Shown one piece after another: positions 1 through 12,000 of a stretch of 64,000 nt of DNA. The notes below the pieces were generated by a model, which had not been told where the DNA came from, did no database searches, and worked only from the letters and a program-made list of their open reading frames with translations. The position numbers were made by a program, and so were the translations under genes. Each line of letters begins with the position of its first letter. The stretch's first letter is position 1. This stretch comes from Eledone cirrhosa (lineage: Eukaryota). Location: contig OZ024744.1 in the NCBI GenBank assembly GCA_964016885.1, positions 1,302,001-1,366,000 of the forward strand. Reading direction: 5' to 3'.

Positions 1-264
1 CGTTCTTCACCAAGCTATCTTTCTCTACCTTGTCTTCCCACAAAACGTCATTCTTCACCAAGCTATCTTTCTCTACCTCGTCTTCCGTCAAAACTTCGTT
101 CTTCACCAAGATATCTTTCTCTACCTTGTCTTCCCACAAAACGTCGTTCTTCACCAAGCTATCTTTCTCTACCTTGTCTTCCCTCAGAACACCGTTCTTC
201 ACCAAGCTATCTTTCTCTACCTTGTCTTCCCCCAAAACTTCGTTCTTCACCAAGCTATCTTTCT

Positions 265-1079
265 CTACATTGTCTTCCCCAAAACTTCGTTCTTCACCAA
301 GCTATCTTTCTCTACCTTGTCTTCCCTCAAAACGTCGTTGTTCACCAAGCTATCTTTCTCTACCTTGTCTTCCCCCAAAACTTCGTTCTTCACCAAGCTA
401 TCTTTATCTACCTTGTCTTCCCCCAAAACTTCGTTCTTCACCAAGTCATCTTTCTCTACCTTGTCATCCCACAAAACGTCGTTCTTCACCAAGCTATCTT
501 TCTCTATTTTGTCTTCCCTCAAAACGTCGTTCTTCACCAAGCTATCTTTCTCTACCTTGTCTTCCCTCAAAATTTCGTTCTTCACCAAGCTATCTTTCTC
601 GACCTTGTCTTCTCCCAAAACTTCGTTATTCACCAAGCTATCTTTCTCTACCTTGTCTTCCCCCAAAACTTCGTTATTCACCAAGCTATCTTTCGCTACC
701 TTGTCATCCCTCAAAACTTCGTTCTTCACCAATCTATCTTTCTCTGCCTTGTCTTCCCCCAAAACTTCGTTCTTCACCAAGCTATCTTTCTCTACCTTGT
801 CTTCACACAAAACTTCGTTCTTCACCAAGCTATCTTTTTCTACCTTGTCTTCCCACAAAACGTCATTCTTCACCAAGCTATCTGTCTCTACCTTGTCTTC
901 CGTCAAAACTTCGTTCTTCACCAATATATCTTTCTCTACCTTGTCTTCTCCCAAAACTTCGTTCTTCACCAAGCTATCTTTCTCTACCTTGTCTTCCCTC
1001 AGAACTTCGTTCTTCACCAAGCTATCTTTCTCTACCTTGTCTTCCCCCAAAACTTCGTTCTTCACCAAGCTATCTTTCT
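265..1079. repeat. Recurrent 17-monomer (815-bp) higher-order block, first copy
   Basis: 815 = 17x48-1. The same ordered variants (ttgtt, ttatc, aagtca/gtcat, tatttt, aatttcg/tcgacc, cgcta, aatcta/tgcc, cacac, gtcatt, aagata, cagaa) start at 265, 3378, 5821, 9795, 13338, 16355, 20905, 25359, 52442, 55411 and 60008. These match the repeated 267-aa minus-strand ORFs. Confidence 0.92.
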
Positions 1080-2175
1080 CTACATTGTCTTCCCCAAAAC
1101 TTCGTTCTTCACCAAGCTATCTTTCTCTACCTTGTCTTTCATCAAAACGTCGTTCTTCACCAAGCTCTCTTTCTCTACCTTGTCTTCCCCCAAAACTTCG
1201 TTCTTCACCAAGCTATCTTTCTCTACCTTGTCTTCCCCCAAAACTTCGTTCTTCACCAAGCTATCTTTCTCTACCTTGTCTTCCCACAAAACGTCGTTCT
1301 TCACCAAGCTATCTTTCTCTACCTTGTCTTCCCTCAAAACGTCGTTCTTCACCAAGCTATCTTTTTCTACCTTGTCTTCCCTCAAAACATCGTTCTTCAC
1401 CAAGCTATCTTTCTCTACCTTGTCTTCCCTCAAAACTTCGTTCTTCACCAAGCTATCTTTCTCTACCTTGTCTTCCCTCAAAACGTCGTTCTTCACCAAG
1501 CTATCTTTCTCTACCTTGTCTTCCCCCAAAACTTCGTTCTTCACCAAGCTATCTTTCTCTACCTTGTCTTCCCCCAAAACTTCGTTCTTCGCAAGCTATC
1601 TTTCTCTACCTTGTCTTCCCCAAAACTTCGTTCTTCACCAAGCTATCTTTCTCTACCTTGTCTTCCCACAAAACGTCGTTCTTCACCAAGCTATCTTTCT
1701 CTACCTTGTCTTCCCTCAAAACGTCGTTCTTCACCAAGCTATCTTTCTCTACCTTGTCTTCCCTCAAAACATCGTTCTTCACCAAGCTATCTTTCTCTAC
1801 CTTGTCTTCTCCCAAAACTTCGTTATTCACCAAGCTATCTTTCTCTACCTTGTCTTCCCCCAAAACTTCGTTGTTCACCAAGCTATCTTTCTCTACCTCG
1901 TCTTCCCCCAAAACTTCGTTCTTCACCAAGCTATCTTTCTCTACCTTGTCTTCCCCCAAAACTTCGTTCTTCACCAAGCTATCTTTCTCTACCTTGTCTT
2001 CCCACAAAACTTCGTTCTTCACCAAGCTATCTTTCTCTACCTTGCCTTCCCACAAAACGTCGTTCTTCACCAAGCTATCTTTCTCTACCTTGTCTTCCCA
2101 CAAAACGTCATTCTTCACCAAGCTATCTTTCTCTACCTTGTCTTCCGTCAAAACTTCGTTCTTCACCAAGATATC

Positions 2176-5100
2176 TTTCTCTACATTGTCTTCCCCAAAA
2201 CTTCGTTCTTCACCAAGCTATCTTTCTCTACCTTGTCTTCCCTCAAAAAGTCGTTCTTCACCAAGCTATCTTTCTCTACCTTGTCTTCTCCCAAAACTTC
2301 GTTATTCACCAAGCTATCTTTCTCTACCTTGTCTTCCCTCAAACCTTCGTTCTTCACCAAGCTATCTTTCTCTACCTTGTCTCCCCCCAAAACTTCGTTC
2401 TTCACCAAGCTATCTTTCTCTACATTGTCTTCCCCAAAACTTCGTTCTTCACCAAGCTATCTTTCTCTACCTTGTCTTCCCCCAAAACTTCGTTGTTCAC
2501 CAAGCTATCTTTCTATACCTCGTCTTCCCCCAAAACTTCGTTCTTCACCAAGCTATCTTTCTCTACCTTGTCTTCCCCCAAAACTTCGTTCTTCACCAAG
2601 CTATCTTTCTCTACCTTGTCTTGCCACAAAACTTCGTTCTTCACCAAGCTATCTTTCTCTACCTTGTCTTCCCACAAAACGTCGTTCTTCACCAAGCTAT
2701 CTTTCTCTACCTTGTCTTCCCTCAAAACTTCGTTCTTCACCAAGCTATCTTTTTCGACCTTATCTTCCCCAAAACTTCGTTATTCACCAAGCTATCTTTC
2801 TCTACCTTGTCTTCCCTCAAAACTTCGTTCTTCACCAAGCTATCTTTCTCTACCTTGTCTTCCCCCAAAACTTCGTTCTTCACCAAGCTATCTTTCTCTA
2901 CCTCGTCTTCCCTCAAATCTTCGTTCTTCACCAAGCTATCTTTCTCTACCTTGTCTTCCCCCAAAACTTTGTTCTTCACCAAGCTATCTTTCTCTACCTT
3001 GTCTTCCCCCAAAACGTCGTTCTTCACCAAGCTATCTTTCTCTACCTTGTCTTCCCCTAAAACTTCGTTCTTCACCAAGCTATCTTTCTCTAGCTTGTCT
3101 TCATACAAAACATCGTTCTTCACCAAGCTATCTTTCTCTACCTTGTCTTCCCACAAAACGTCATTCTTCACCAAGCTATCGTTCTCTACCTTGTCTTCCG
3201 TCAAAACTTCGTTCTTCACCAAGATATCTTTCTCTACCTTGTCTTCCCACAAAACGTCGTTATTCACCAAGCTATCTTTCTCTACCTTGTCTTCCCTCAG
3301 AACTCCGTTCTTCACCAAGCTATCTTTCTCTACCTTGTCTTCCCCCAAAACTTCGTTCTTCACCAAGCTATCTTTCTCTACATTGTCTTCCCCAAAACTT
3401 CGTTCTTCACCAAGCTATCTTTCTCTACCTTGTCTTCCCTCAAAACGTCGTTGTTCACCAAGCTATCTTTCTCTACCTTGTCTTCCCCCAAAACTTCGTT
3501 CTTCACCAAGCTATCTTTATCTACCTTGTCTTCCCCCAAAACTTCGTTCTTCACCAAGTCATCTTTCTCTACCTTGTCATCCAACAAAACGTCGTTCTTC
3601 ACCAAGCTATCTTTCTCTATTTTGTCTTCCCTCAAAACGTCGTTCTTCACCAAGCTATCTTTCTCTACCTTGTCTTCCCTCAAAAGTTCGTTCTTCACCA
3701 ATCTATCTTTCTCGACCTTGTCTTCTCCCAAAACTTCGTTATTCACCAAGCTATCTTTCTCTACCTTGTCTTCCCCCAAAACTTCGTTATTCACCAAGCT
3801 ATCTTTCGCTACCTTGTCATCCCTCAAAACTTCGTTCTTCACCAATCTATCTTTCTCTGCCTTGTCTTCCCCCAAAACTTCGTTCTTCACCAAGCTATCT
3901 TTCTCTACCTTGTCCTCACACAAAACTTCGTTCTTCACCAAGCTATCTTTCTCTACCTTGTCTTCCCACAAAACGTCATTCTTCACCAAGCTATCTTTCT
4001 CTACCTTGTCTTCCCTCAAAACTTCGTTCTTCACCAAGATATCTTTCTCTACCTTGTCTTCTCCCAAAACTTCGTTCTTCACCAAGCTATCTTTCTCTAC
4101 CTTGTCTTCCCTCAGAACTTCGTTCTTCACCAAGCTATCTTTCTCTACCTTGTCTTCCCCCAAAACTTCGTTCTTCACCAAGCTATCTTTCTCTACATTG
4201 TCTTCCCCAAAACTTCGTTCTTCACCAAGCTATCTTTCTCTACCTTGTCTTTCATCAAAACGTCGTTCTTCACCAAGCTCTCTTTCTCTACCTTGTCTTC
4301 CCCCAAAACTTCGTTCTTCACCAAGCTATCTTTCTCTACCTTGTCTTCCCCCAAAACTTCGTTCTTCACCAAGCTATCTTTCTCTACCTTGTCTTCCCAC
4401 AAAACTTCGTTCTTCACGAAGCTATCTTTCTCTACCTTGTCTTCCCTCAAAACGTCGTTCTTCACCAAGCTATCTTTTTCTACCTTGTCTTCCCTCAAAA
4501 CATCGTTCTTCACCAAGCTATCTTTCTCTACCTTGTCTTCCCTCAAAACTTCGTTCTTCACCAAGCTATCTTTCTCTACCTTGTCTTCCCTCAAAACGTC
4601 GTTCTTCACCAAGCTATGTTTCTCTACATTGTCTTCCCCAAAACTTCGTTCTTCACCAAGCTATCTTTCTCTACCTTGTCTTCCCTCAAAAAGTCGTTCT
4701 TCACCAAGCTATCTTTCTCTACCTTGTCTTCTCCCAAAACTTCGTTATTCACCAAGCTATCTTTCTCTACCTTGTCTTCCCTCAAACCTTCGTTCTTCAC
4801 CAAGCTATCTTTCTCTACCTTGTCTCCCCCCAAAACTTCGTTCTTCACCAAGCTATCTTTCTCTACATTGTCTTCCCCAAAACTTCGTTCTTCACCAAGC
4901 TATCTTTCTCTACCTTGTCTTCCCCCAAAACTTCGTTGTTCACCAAGCTATCTTTCTCTACCTCGTCTTCCCCCAAAACTTCGTTCTTCACCAAGCTATC
5001 TTTCTCTACCTTGTCTTCCCCCAAAACTTCGTTCTTCACCAAGCTATCTTTCTCTACCTTGTCTTGCCACAAAACTTCGTTCTTCACCAAGCTATCTTTC

Positions 5101-7061
5101 TCTACCTTGTCTTCCCACAAAACGTCGTTCTTCACCAAGCTATCTTTCTCTACCTTGTCTTCCCTCAAAACTTCGTTCTTCACCAAGCTATCTTTTTCGA
5201 CCTTATCTTCCCCAAAACTTCGTTATTCACCAAGCTATCTTTCTCTACCTTGTCTTCCCTCAAAACTTCGTTCTTCACCAAGCTATCTTTCTCTACCTTG
5301 TCTTCCCCCAAAACTTCGTTCTTCACCAAGCTATCTTTCTCTACCTCGTCTTCCCTCAAAACTTCGTTCTTCACCAAGCTATCTTTCTCTACCTTGTCTT
5401 CCCCCAAAACTTTGTTCTTCACCAAGCTATCTTTCTCTACCTTGTCTTCCCCCAAAACGTCGTTCTTCACCAAGCTATCTTTCTCTACCTTGTCTTCCCC
5501 TAAAACTTCGTTCTTCACCAAGCTATCTTTCTCTAGCTTGTCTTCATACAAAACATCGTTCTTCACCAAGCTATCTTTCTCTACCTTGTCTTCCCACAAA
5601 ACGTCATTCTTCACCAAGCTATCGTTCTCTACCTTGTTTTCCGTCAAAACTTCGTTCTTCACCAAGATATCTTTCTCTACCTTGTCTTCCCACAAAACGT
5701 CGTTATTCACCAAGCTATCTTTCTCTACCTTGTCTTCCCTCAGAACTCCGTTCTTCACCAAGCTATGTTTCTCTACCTTGTCTTCCCCCAAAACTTCGTT
5801 CTTCACCAAGCTATCTTTCTCTACATTGTCTTCCCCAAAACTTCGTTCTTCACCAAGCTATCTTTCTCTACCTTGTCTTCCCTCAAAACGTCGTTGTTCA
5901 CCAAGCTATCTTTCTCTACCTTGTCTTCCCCCAAAACTTCGTTCTTCACCAAGCTATCTTTATCTACCTTGTCTTCCCCCAAAACTTCGTTCTTCACCAA
6001 GTCATCTTTCTCTACCTTGTCATCCAACAAAACGTCGTTCTTCACCAAGCTATCTTTCTCTATTTTGTCTTCCCTCAAAACGTCGTTCTTCACCAAGTTA
6101 TCTTTCTCTACCTTGTCTTCCCTCAAAATTTCGTTCTTCACCAAGCTATCTTTCTCGACCTTGTCTTCTCCCAAAACTTCGTTATTCACCAAGCTATCTT
6201 TCTCTACCTTGTCTTCCCCCAAAACTTCGTTATTCACCAAGCTATCTTTCGCTACCTTGTCATCCCTCAAAACTTCGTTCTACACCAATCTATCTTTCTC
6301 TGCCTTGTCTTCCCCCAAAACTTCGTTCTTCACCAAGCTATCTTTCTCTACCTTGTCTTCACACAAAACTTCGTTCTTCACCAAGCTATCTTTCTCTACC
6401 TTGTCTTCCCACAAAACGTCATTCTTCACCAAGCTATCTTTCTCTACCTTGTCTTCCCTCAAAACTTCGTTCTTCACCAAGATATCTTTCTCTACCTTGT
6501 CTTCTCCCAAAACTTCGTTCTTCACCAAGCTATCTTTCTCTACCTTGTCTTCCCTCAGAACTTCGTTCTTCACCAAGCTATCTTTCTCTACCTTGTCTTC
6601 CCCCAAAACTTCGTTCTTCACCAAGCTATCTTTCTCTACATTGTCTTCCCCAAAACTTCGTTCTTCACCAAGCTATCTTTCTCTACCTTGTCTTTCATCA
6701 AAACGTCGTTCTTCACCAAGCTCTCTTTCTCTACCTTGTCTTCCCCCAAAACTTCGTTCTTCACCAAGCTATCTTTCTCTACCTTGTCTTCCCCCAAAAC
6801 TTCGTTCTTCACCAAGCTATCTTTCTCTACCTTGTCTTCCCACAAAACTTCGTTCTTCACGAAGCTATCTTTCTCTACCTTGTCTTCCCTCAAAACGTCG
6901 TTCTTCACCAAGCTATCTTTTTCTACCTTGTCTTCCCTCAAAACATCGTTCTTCACCAAGCTATCTTTCTCTACCTTGTCTTCCCTCAAAACTTCGTTCT
7001 TCACCAAGCTATCTTTCTCTACCTTGTCTTCCCTCAAAACGTCGTTCTTCACCAAGCTATC
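2176..7061. repeat. Tandem duplication, 2443-bp unit (51 monomers) x2
   Basis: ORF starts are offset by 2443 (2181/4624, 2737/5180, 3378/5821, 4193/6636). Private markers are shared: ttgccac ~2621/5064, atcgttctc ~3178/5621, catccaac ~3578/6021, cacgaag ~4415/6858. 2443 = 51x48-5, matching five 47-bp monomers. Confidence 0.93.
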
Positions 7062-9004
7062 TTTCTCTACCTTGTCTTCCCCCAAAACTTCGTTCTTCAC
7101 CAAGCTATCTTTCTCTACCTTGTCTTCCCCCAAAACTTCGTTCTTCGCAAGCTATCTTTCTCTACCTTGTCTTCCCCCAAAACTTCGTTCTTCACCAAGC
7201 TATCTTTCTCTACCTTGTCTTCCCACAAAACGTCGTTCTTCACCAAGCTATCTTCCTCTACCTTGTCTTCCCTCAAAACGTCGTTCTTCACCAAGCTATC
7301 TTTCTCTACCTTGTCTTCCCTCAAAACATCGTTCTTCACCAAGCTATCTTTGTCTACCTTGTCTTCTCCCAAAACTTCGTTATTCACCAAGCTATCTTTC
7401 TCTACCTTGTCTTCCCCCAAAACTTCGTTGTTCACCAAGCTATCTTTCTCTACCTCGTCTTCCCCCAAAACTTCGTTCTTCACCAAGCTATCTTTCTCTA
7501 CCTTGTCTTCCCCCAAAACTTCGTTCTTCACCAAGCTATCTTTCTCTACCTTGTCTTCCCACAAAACTTCGTTCTTCACCAAGCTATCTTTCTCTACCTT
7601 GTCTTCCCACACAACGTCGTTCTTCACCAAGCTATCTTTCTCTACCTTGTCTTCCCACAAAACGTCATTCTTCACCAAGCTATCTTTCTCTAACTTGTCT
7701 TCCGTCAAAACTTCGTTCTTCACCAAGATATCTTTCTCTACATTGTCTTCCCCAAAACTTCGTTCTTCACCAAGCTATCTTTCTCTACCTTGTCTTCCCT
7801 CAAAAAGTCGTTCTTCACCAAGCTATCTTTCTCTACCTTGTCTTCTCCCAAAACTTCGTTATTCACCAAGCTATCTTTCTCTACCTTGTCTTCCCTCAAA
7901 CCTTCGTTCTTCACCAAGCTATCTTTCTCTACCTTGTCTTCCCCCAAAACTTCGTTCTTCACCAAGCTATCTTTCTCTACATTGTCTTCCCCAAAACTTC
8001 GTTCTTCACCAAGCTATCTTTCTCTACCTTGTCTTCCTCCAAAACTTCGTTGTTCACCAAGCTATCTTTCTCTACCTCGTCTTCCCCCAAAACTTCGTTC
8101 TTCACCAAGCTATCTTTCTCTACCTTGTCTTCCCCCAAAACTTCGTTCTTCACCAAGCTATCTTTCTATACCTTGTCTTCCCACAAAACTTCGTTCTTCA
8201 CCAAGCTATCTTTCTCTACCTTGTCTTCCCACAAAACGTCGTTCTTCACCAAGCTATCTTTCTCTACCTTGTCTTCCCTCAAAACTTCGTTCTTCACCAA
8301 GCTATCTTTTTCGACCTTATCTTCCCCAAAACTTCGTTATTCACCAAGCTATCTTTCTCTACCTTGTCTTCCCTCAAAACTTCGTTCTTCACCAAGCTAT
8401 CTTTCTCTACCTTGTCTTCCCACAAAACGTCATTCTTCACCAAGCTATCTTTCTCTACCTTGTCTTCCTTCAAAACTTCGTTCTTCACCAAGCTATCTTT
8501 CTCTACCTTGTCTTCCCTCAAAACGTCGTTCTTCACCAAGCTATCTTTCTCTACCTTGTCCTCCCACAAAACTTCGTTCTTCACCAAGCTATCTTTCTCT
8601 ACCTTGTCTTCCCCCAAAACTTCGTTCTTCGCAAGCTATCTTTCTCTACCTTGTCTTCAGTCAAAAGTTCGTTCTTCACCAAGATATCTTTCTCTACCTT
8701 GTCTTCCCACAAAACGTCGTTCTTCACCAAGCTATCTTTCTCTACCTTGTCTTCCCTCAGAACTCCGTTCTTCACCAAGCTATCTTTCTCTACCTTGTCT
8801 TCCCCCAAAACTTCGTTCTTCACCAAGCTATCTTTCTCTACATTGTCTTCCCCAAAACTTCGTTCTTCACCAAGCTATCTTTCTCTACCTTGTCTTCCCT
8901 CAAAACGTCGTTCTTCACCAAGCTATCTTTCTCTACCTTGTCTTCCCCCAAAACTTCGTTCTTCACCAAGCTATCTTTATCTACCTTGTCTTCCCCCAAA
9001 ACTT

Positions 9005-12000
9005 CGTTCTTCACCAAGTCATCTTTCTCTACCTTGCCATCCCACAAAACGTCGTTCTTCACCAAGCTATCTTTCTCTATTTTGTCTTCCCTCAAAACAT
9101 CGTTCTTCACCAAGCTATCTTTCTCTACCTTGTCTTCCCTCAAAATTTCGTTCTTCACCAAGCTATCTTTCTCGACCTTGTCTTCTCCAAAAACTTCGTT
9201 ATTCACCAAGCTATCTTTCTCTACCTTGTCTTCCCCCAAAACTTCGTTATTCACCAAGCTATCTTTCGCTACCTTGTCTTCCCTCAAAACTTCGTTCTTC
9301 ACCAAGCTATCTTTCTCTACCTTGTCTTCCCCCAAAACTTCGTTCTTCACCAAGCTATCTTTTTCGACCTTGTCTTCCCCCAAAACTTCGTTATTCACCA
9401 AGCTATCTTTCTCTACCTTGACTTCCCTCAAAACTTCGTTCTTCACCAAGCTATCTTTCTCTACCTTGTCTTCCCACAAAACGTCATTCTTCACCAAGCT
9501 ATCTTTCTCTACCTTGTCTTCCTTCAAAACTTCGTTCTTCACCAAGCTATCTTTCTCTACCTTGTCTTCCCTCAAAACGTCGTTCTTCACCAAGCTATCT
9601 TTCTCTACCTTGTCTTCCCCAAAACTTCGTTCTTCACCAAGCTATCTTTCTCTACATTGTCTTCCCCAAAACTTCGTTCTTCACCAAGCTATCTTTCTCT
9701 ACCTTGTCTTCCCCCAAAACTTCGTTCTTCACCAAGCTATCTTTCTCTACCTTGTCTTCCCCCAAAACTTCGTTCTTCACCAAGCTATCTTTCTCTACAT
9801 TGTCTTCCCCAAAACTTCGTTCTTCACCAAGCTATCTTTCTCTACCTTGTCTTCCCTCAAAACGTCGTTGTTCACCAAGCTATCTTTCTCTACCTTGTCT
9901 TCCCCCAAAACTTCGTTCTTCACCAAGCTATCTTTATCTACCTTGTCTTCCCCCAAAACTTCGTTCTTCACCAAGTCATCTTTCTCTACCTTGTCATCCC
10001 ACAAAACGTCCTTCTTCACCAAGCTATCTTTCTCTATTTTGTCTTCCCTCAAAACGTCGTTCTTCACCAAGCTATCTTTCTCTACCTTGTCTTCCCTCAA
10101 AATTTCGTTCTTCACCAAGCTATCTTTCTCGACCTTGTTTTCTCCCAAAACTTCGTTATTCACCAAGCTATCTTTCTCTACCTTGTCTTCCCCCAAAACT
10201 TCGTTATTCACCAAGCTATCTTTCGCTACCTTGTCATCCCTCAAAACTTCGTTCTTCACCAATCTATCTTTCTCTGCCTTGTCTTCCCCCAAAACTTCGT
10301 TCTTCACCAAGCTATCTTTCTCTACCTTGTCTTCACACAAAACTTCGTTCTTCACCAAGCTATCTTTCTCTACCTTGTCTTCCCACAAAACGTCATTCTT
10401 CACCAAGCTATCTGTCTCTACCTTGTCTTCCGTCAAAACTTCGTTCTTCACCAAGATATCTTTCTCTACCTTGTCTTCTCCCAAAACTTCGTTCTTCACC
10501 AAGCTATCTTTCTCTACCTTGTCTTCCCTCAGAACTTCGTTCTTCACCAAGCTATCTTTCTCTACCTTGTCTTCCCCCAAAACTTCGTTCTTCACCAAGC
10601 TATCTTTCTCTACATTGTCTTCCCCAAAACTTCGTTCTTCACCAAGCTATCTTTCTCTACCTTGTCTTTCATCAAAACGTCGTTCTTCACCAAGCTCTCT
10701 TTCTCTACCTTGTCTTCCCCCAAAACTTCGTTCTTCACCAAGCTATCTTTCTCTACCTTGTCTTCCCCCAAAACTTCGTTCTTCACCAAGCTATCTTTCT
10801 CTACCTTGTCTTCCCACAAAACGTCGTTCTTCACCAAGCTATCTTTCTCTACCTTGTCTTCCCTCAAAACGTCGTTCTTCACCAAGCTATCTTTTTCTAC
10901 CTTGTCTTCCCTCAAAACATCGTTCTTCACCAAGCTATCTTTCTCTACCTTGTCTTCCCTCAAAACTTCGTTCTTCACCAAGCTATCTTTCTCTACCTTG
11001 TCTTCCCTCAAAACGTCGTTCTTCACCAAGCTATCTTTCTCTACCTTGTCTTCCCCCAAAACTTCGTTCTTCACCAAGCTATCTTTCTCTACCTTGTCTT
11101 CCCCCAAAACTTCGTTCTTCGCAAGCTATCTTTCTCTACCTTGTCTTCCCCAAAACTTCGTTCTTCACCAAGCTATCTTTCTCTACCTTGTCTTCCCACA
11201 AAACGTCGTTCTTCACCAAGCTATCTTTCTCTACCTTGTCTTCCCTCAAAACGTCGTTCTTCACCAAGCTATCTTTCTCTACCTTGTCTTCCCTCAAAAC
11301 ATCGTTCTTCACCAAGCTATCTTTCTCTACCTTGTCTTCTCCCAAAACTTCGTTATTCACCAAGCTATCTTTCTCTACCTTGTCTTCCCCCAAAACTTCG
11401 TTGTTCACCAAGCTATCTTTCTCTACCTCGTCTTCCCCCAAAACTTCGTTCTTCACCAAGCTATCTTTCTCTACCTTGTCTTCCCCCAAAACTTCGTTCT
11501 TCACCAAGCTATCTTTCTCTACCTTGTCTTCCCACAAAACTTCGTTCTTCACCAAGCTATCTTTCTCTACCTTGTCTTCCCACAAAACGTCGTTCTTCAC
11601 CAAGCTATCTTTCTCTACCTTGTCTTCCCACAAAACGTCATTCTTCACCAAGCTATCTTTCTCTACCTTGTCTTCCGTCAAAACTTCGTTCTTCACCAAG
11701 ATATCTTTCTCTACATTGTCTTCCCCAAAACTTCGTTCTTCACCAAGCTATCTTTCTCTACCTTGTCTTCCCTCAAAAAGTCGTTCTTCACCAAGCTATC
11801 TTTCTCTACCTTGTCTTCTCCCAAAACTTCGTTATTCACCAAGCTATCTTTCTCTACCTTGTCTTCCCTCAAAGCTTCGTTCTTCACCAAGCTATCTTTC
11901 TCTACCTTGTCTCCCCCCAAAACTTCGTTCTTCACCAAGCTATCTTTCTCTACATTGTCTTCCCCAAAACTTCGTTCTTCACCAAGCTATCTTTCTCTAC

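Noticed and set aside
10-57. Resemblance to a tyrosine-recombinase site such as FRT (48 bp, 8-bp spacer, AACTTC)
   Set aside because: Arms are only 7 bp rather than about 13 bp, there is no extended similarity, and no recombinase is in the window. Likely coincidence.
265-290. Programmed -1 frameshifting at minus-strand T_TTG_GGG to read through 47-bp monomers
   Set aside because: It formally fits X_XXY_YYZ, but Y=G is atypical and the motif also occurs in ordinary in-frame monomers. No stimulatory structure is evident, and it cannot rescue the gcaag class.
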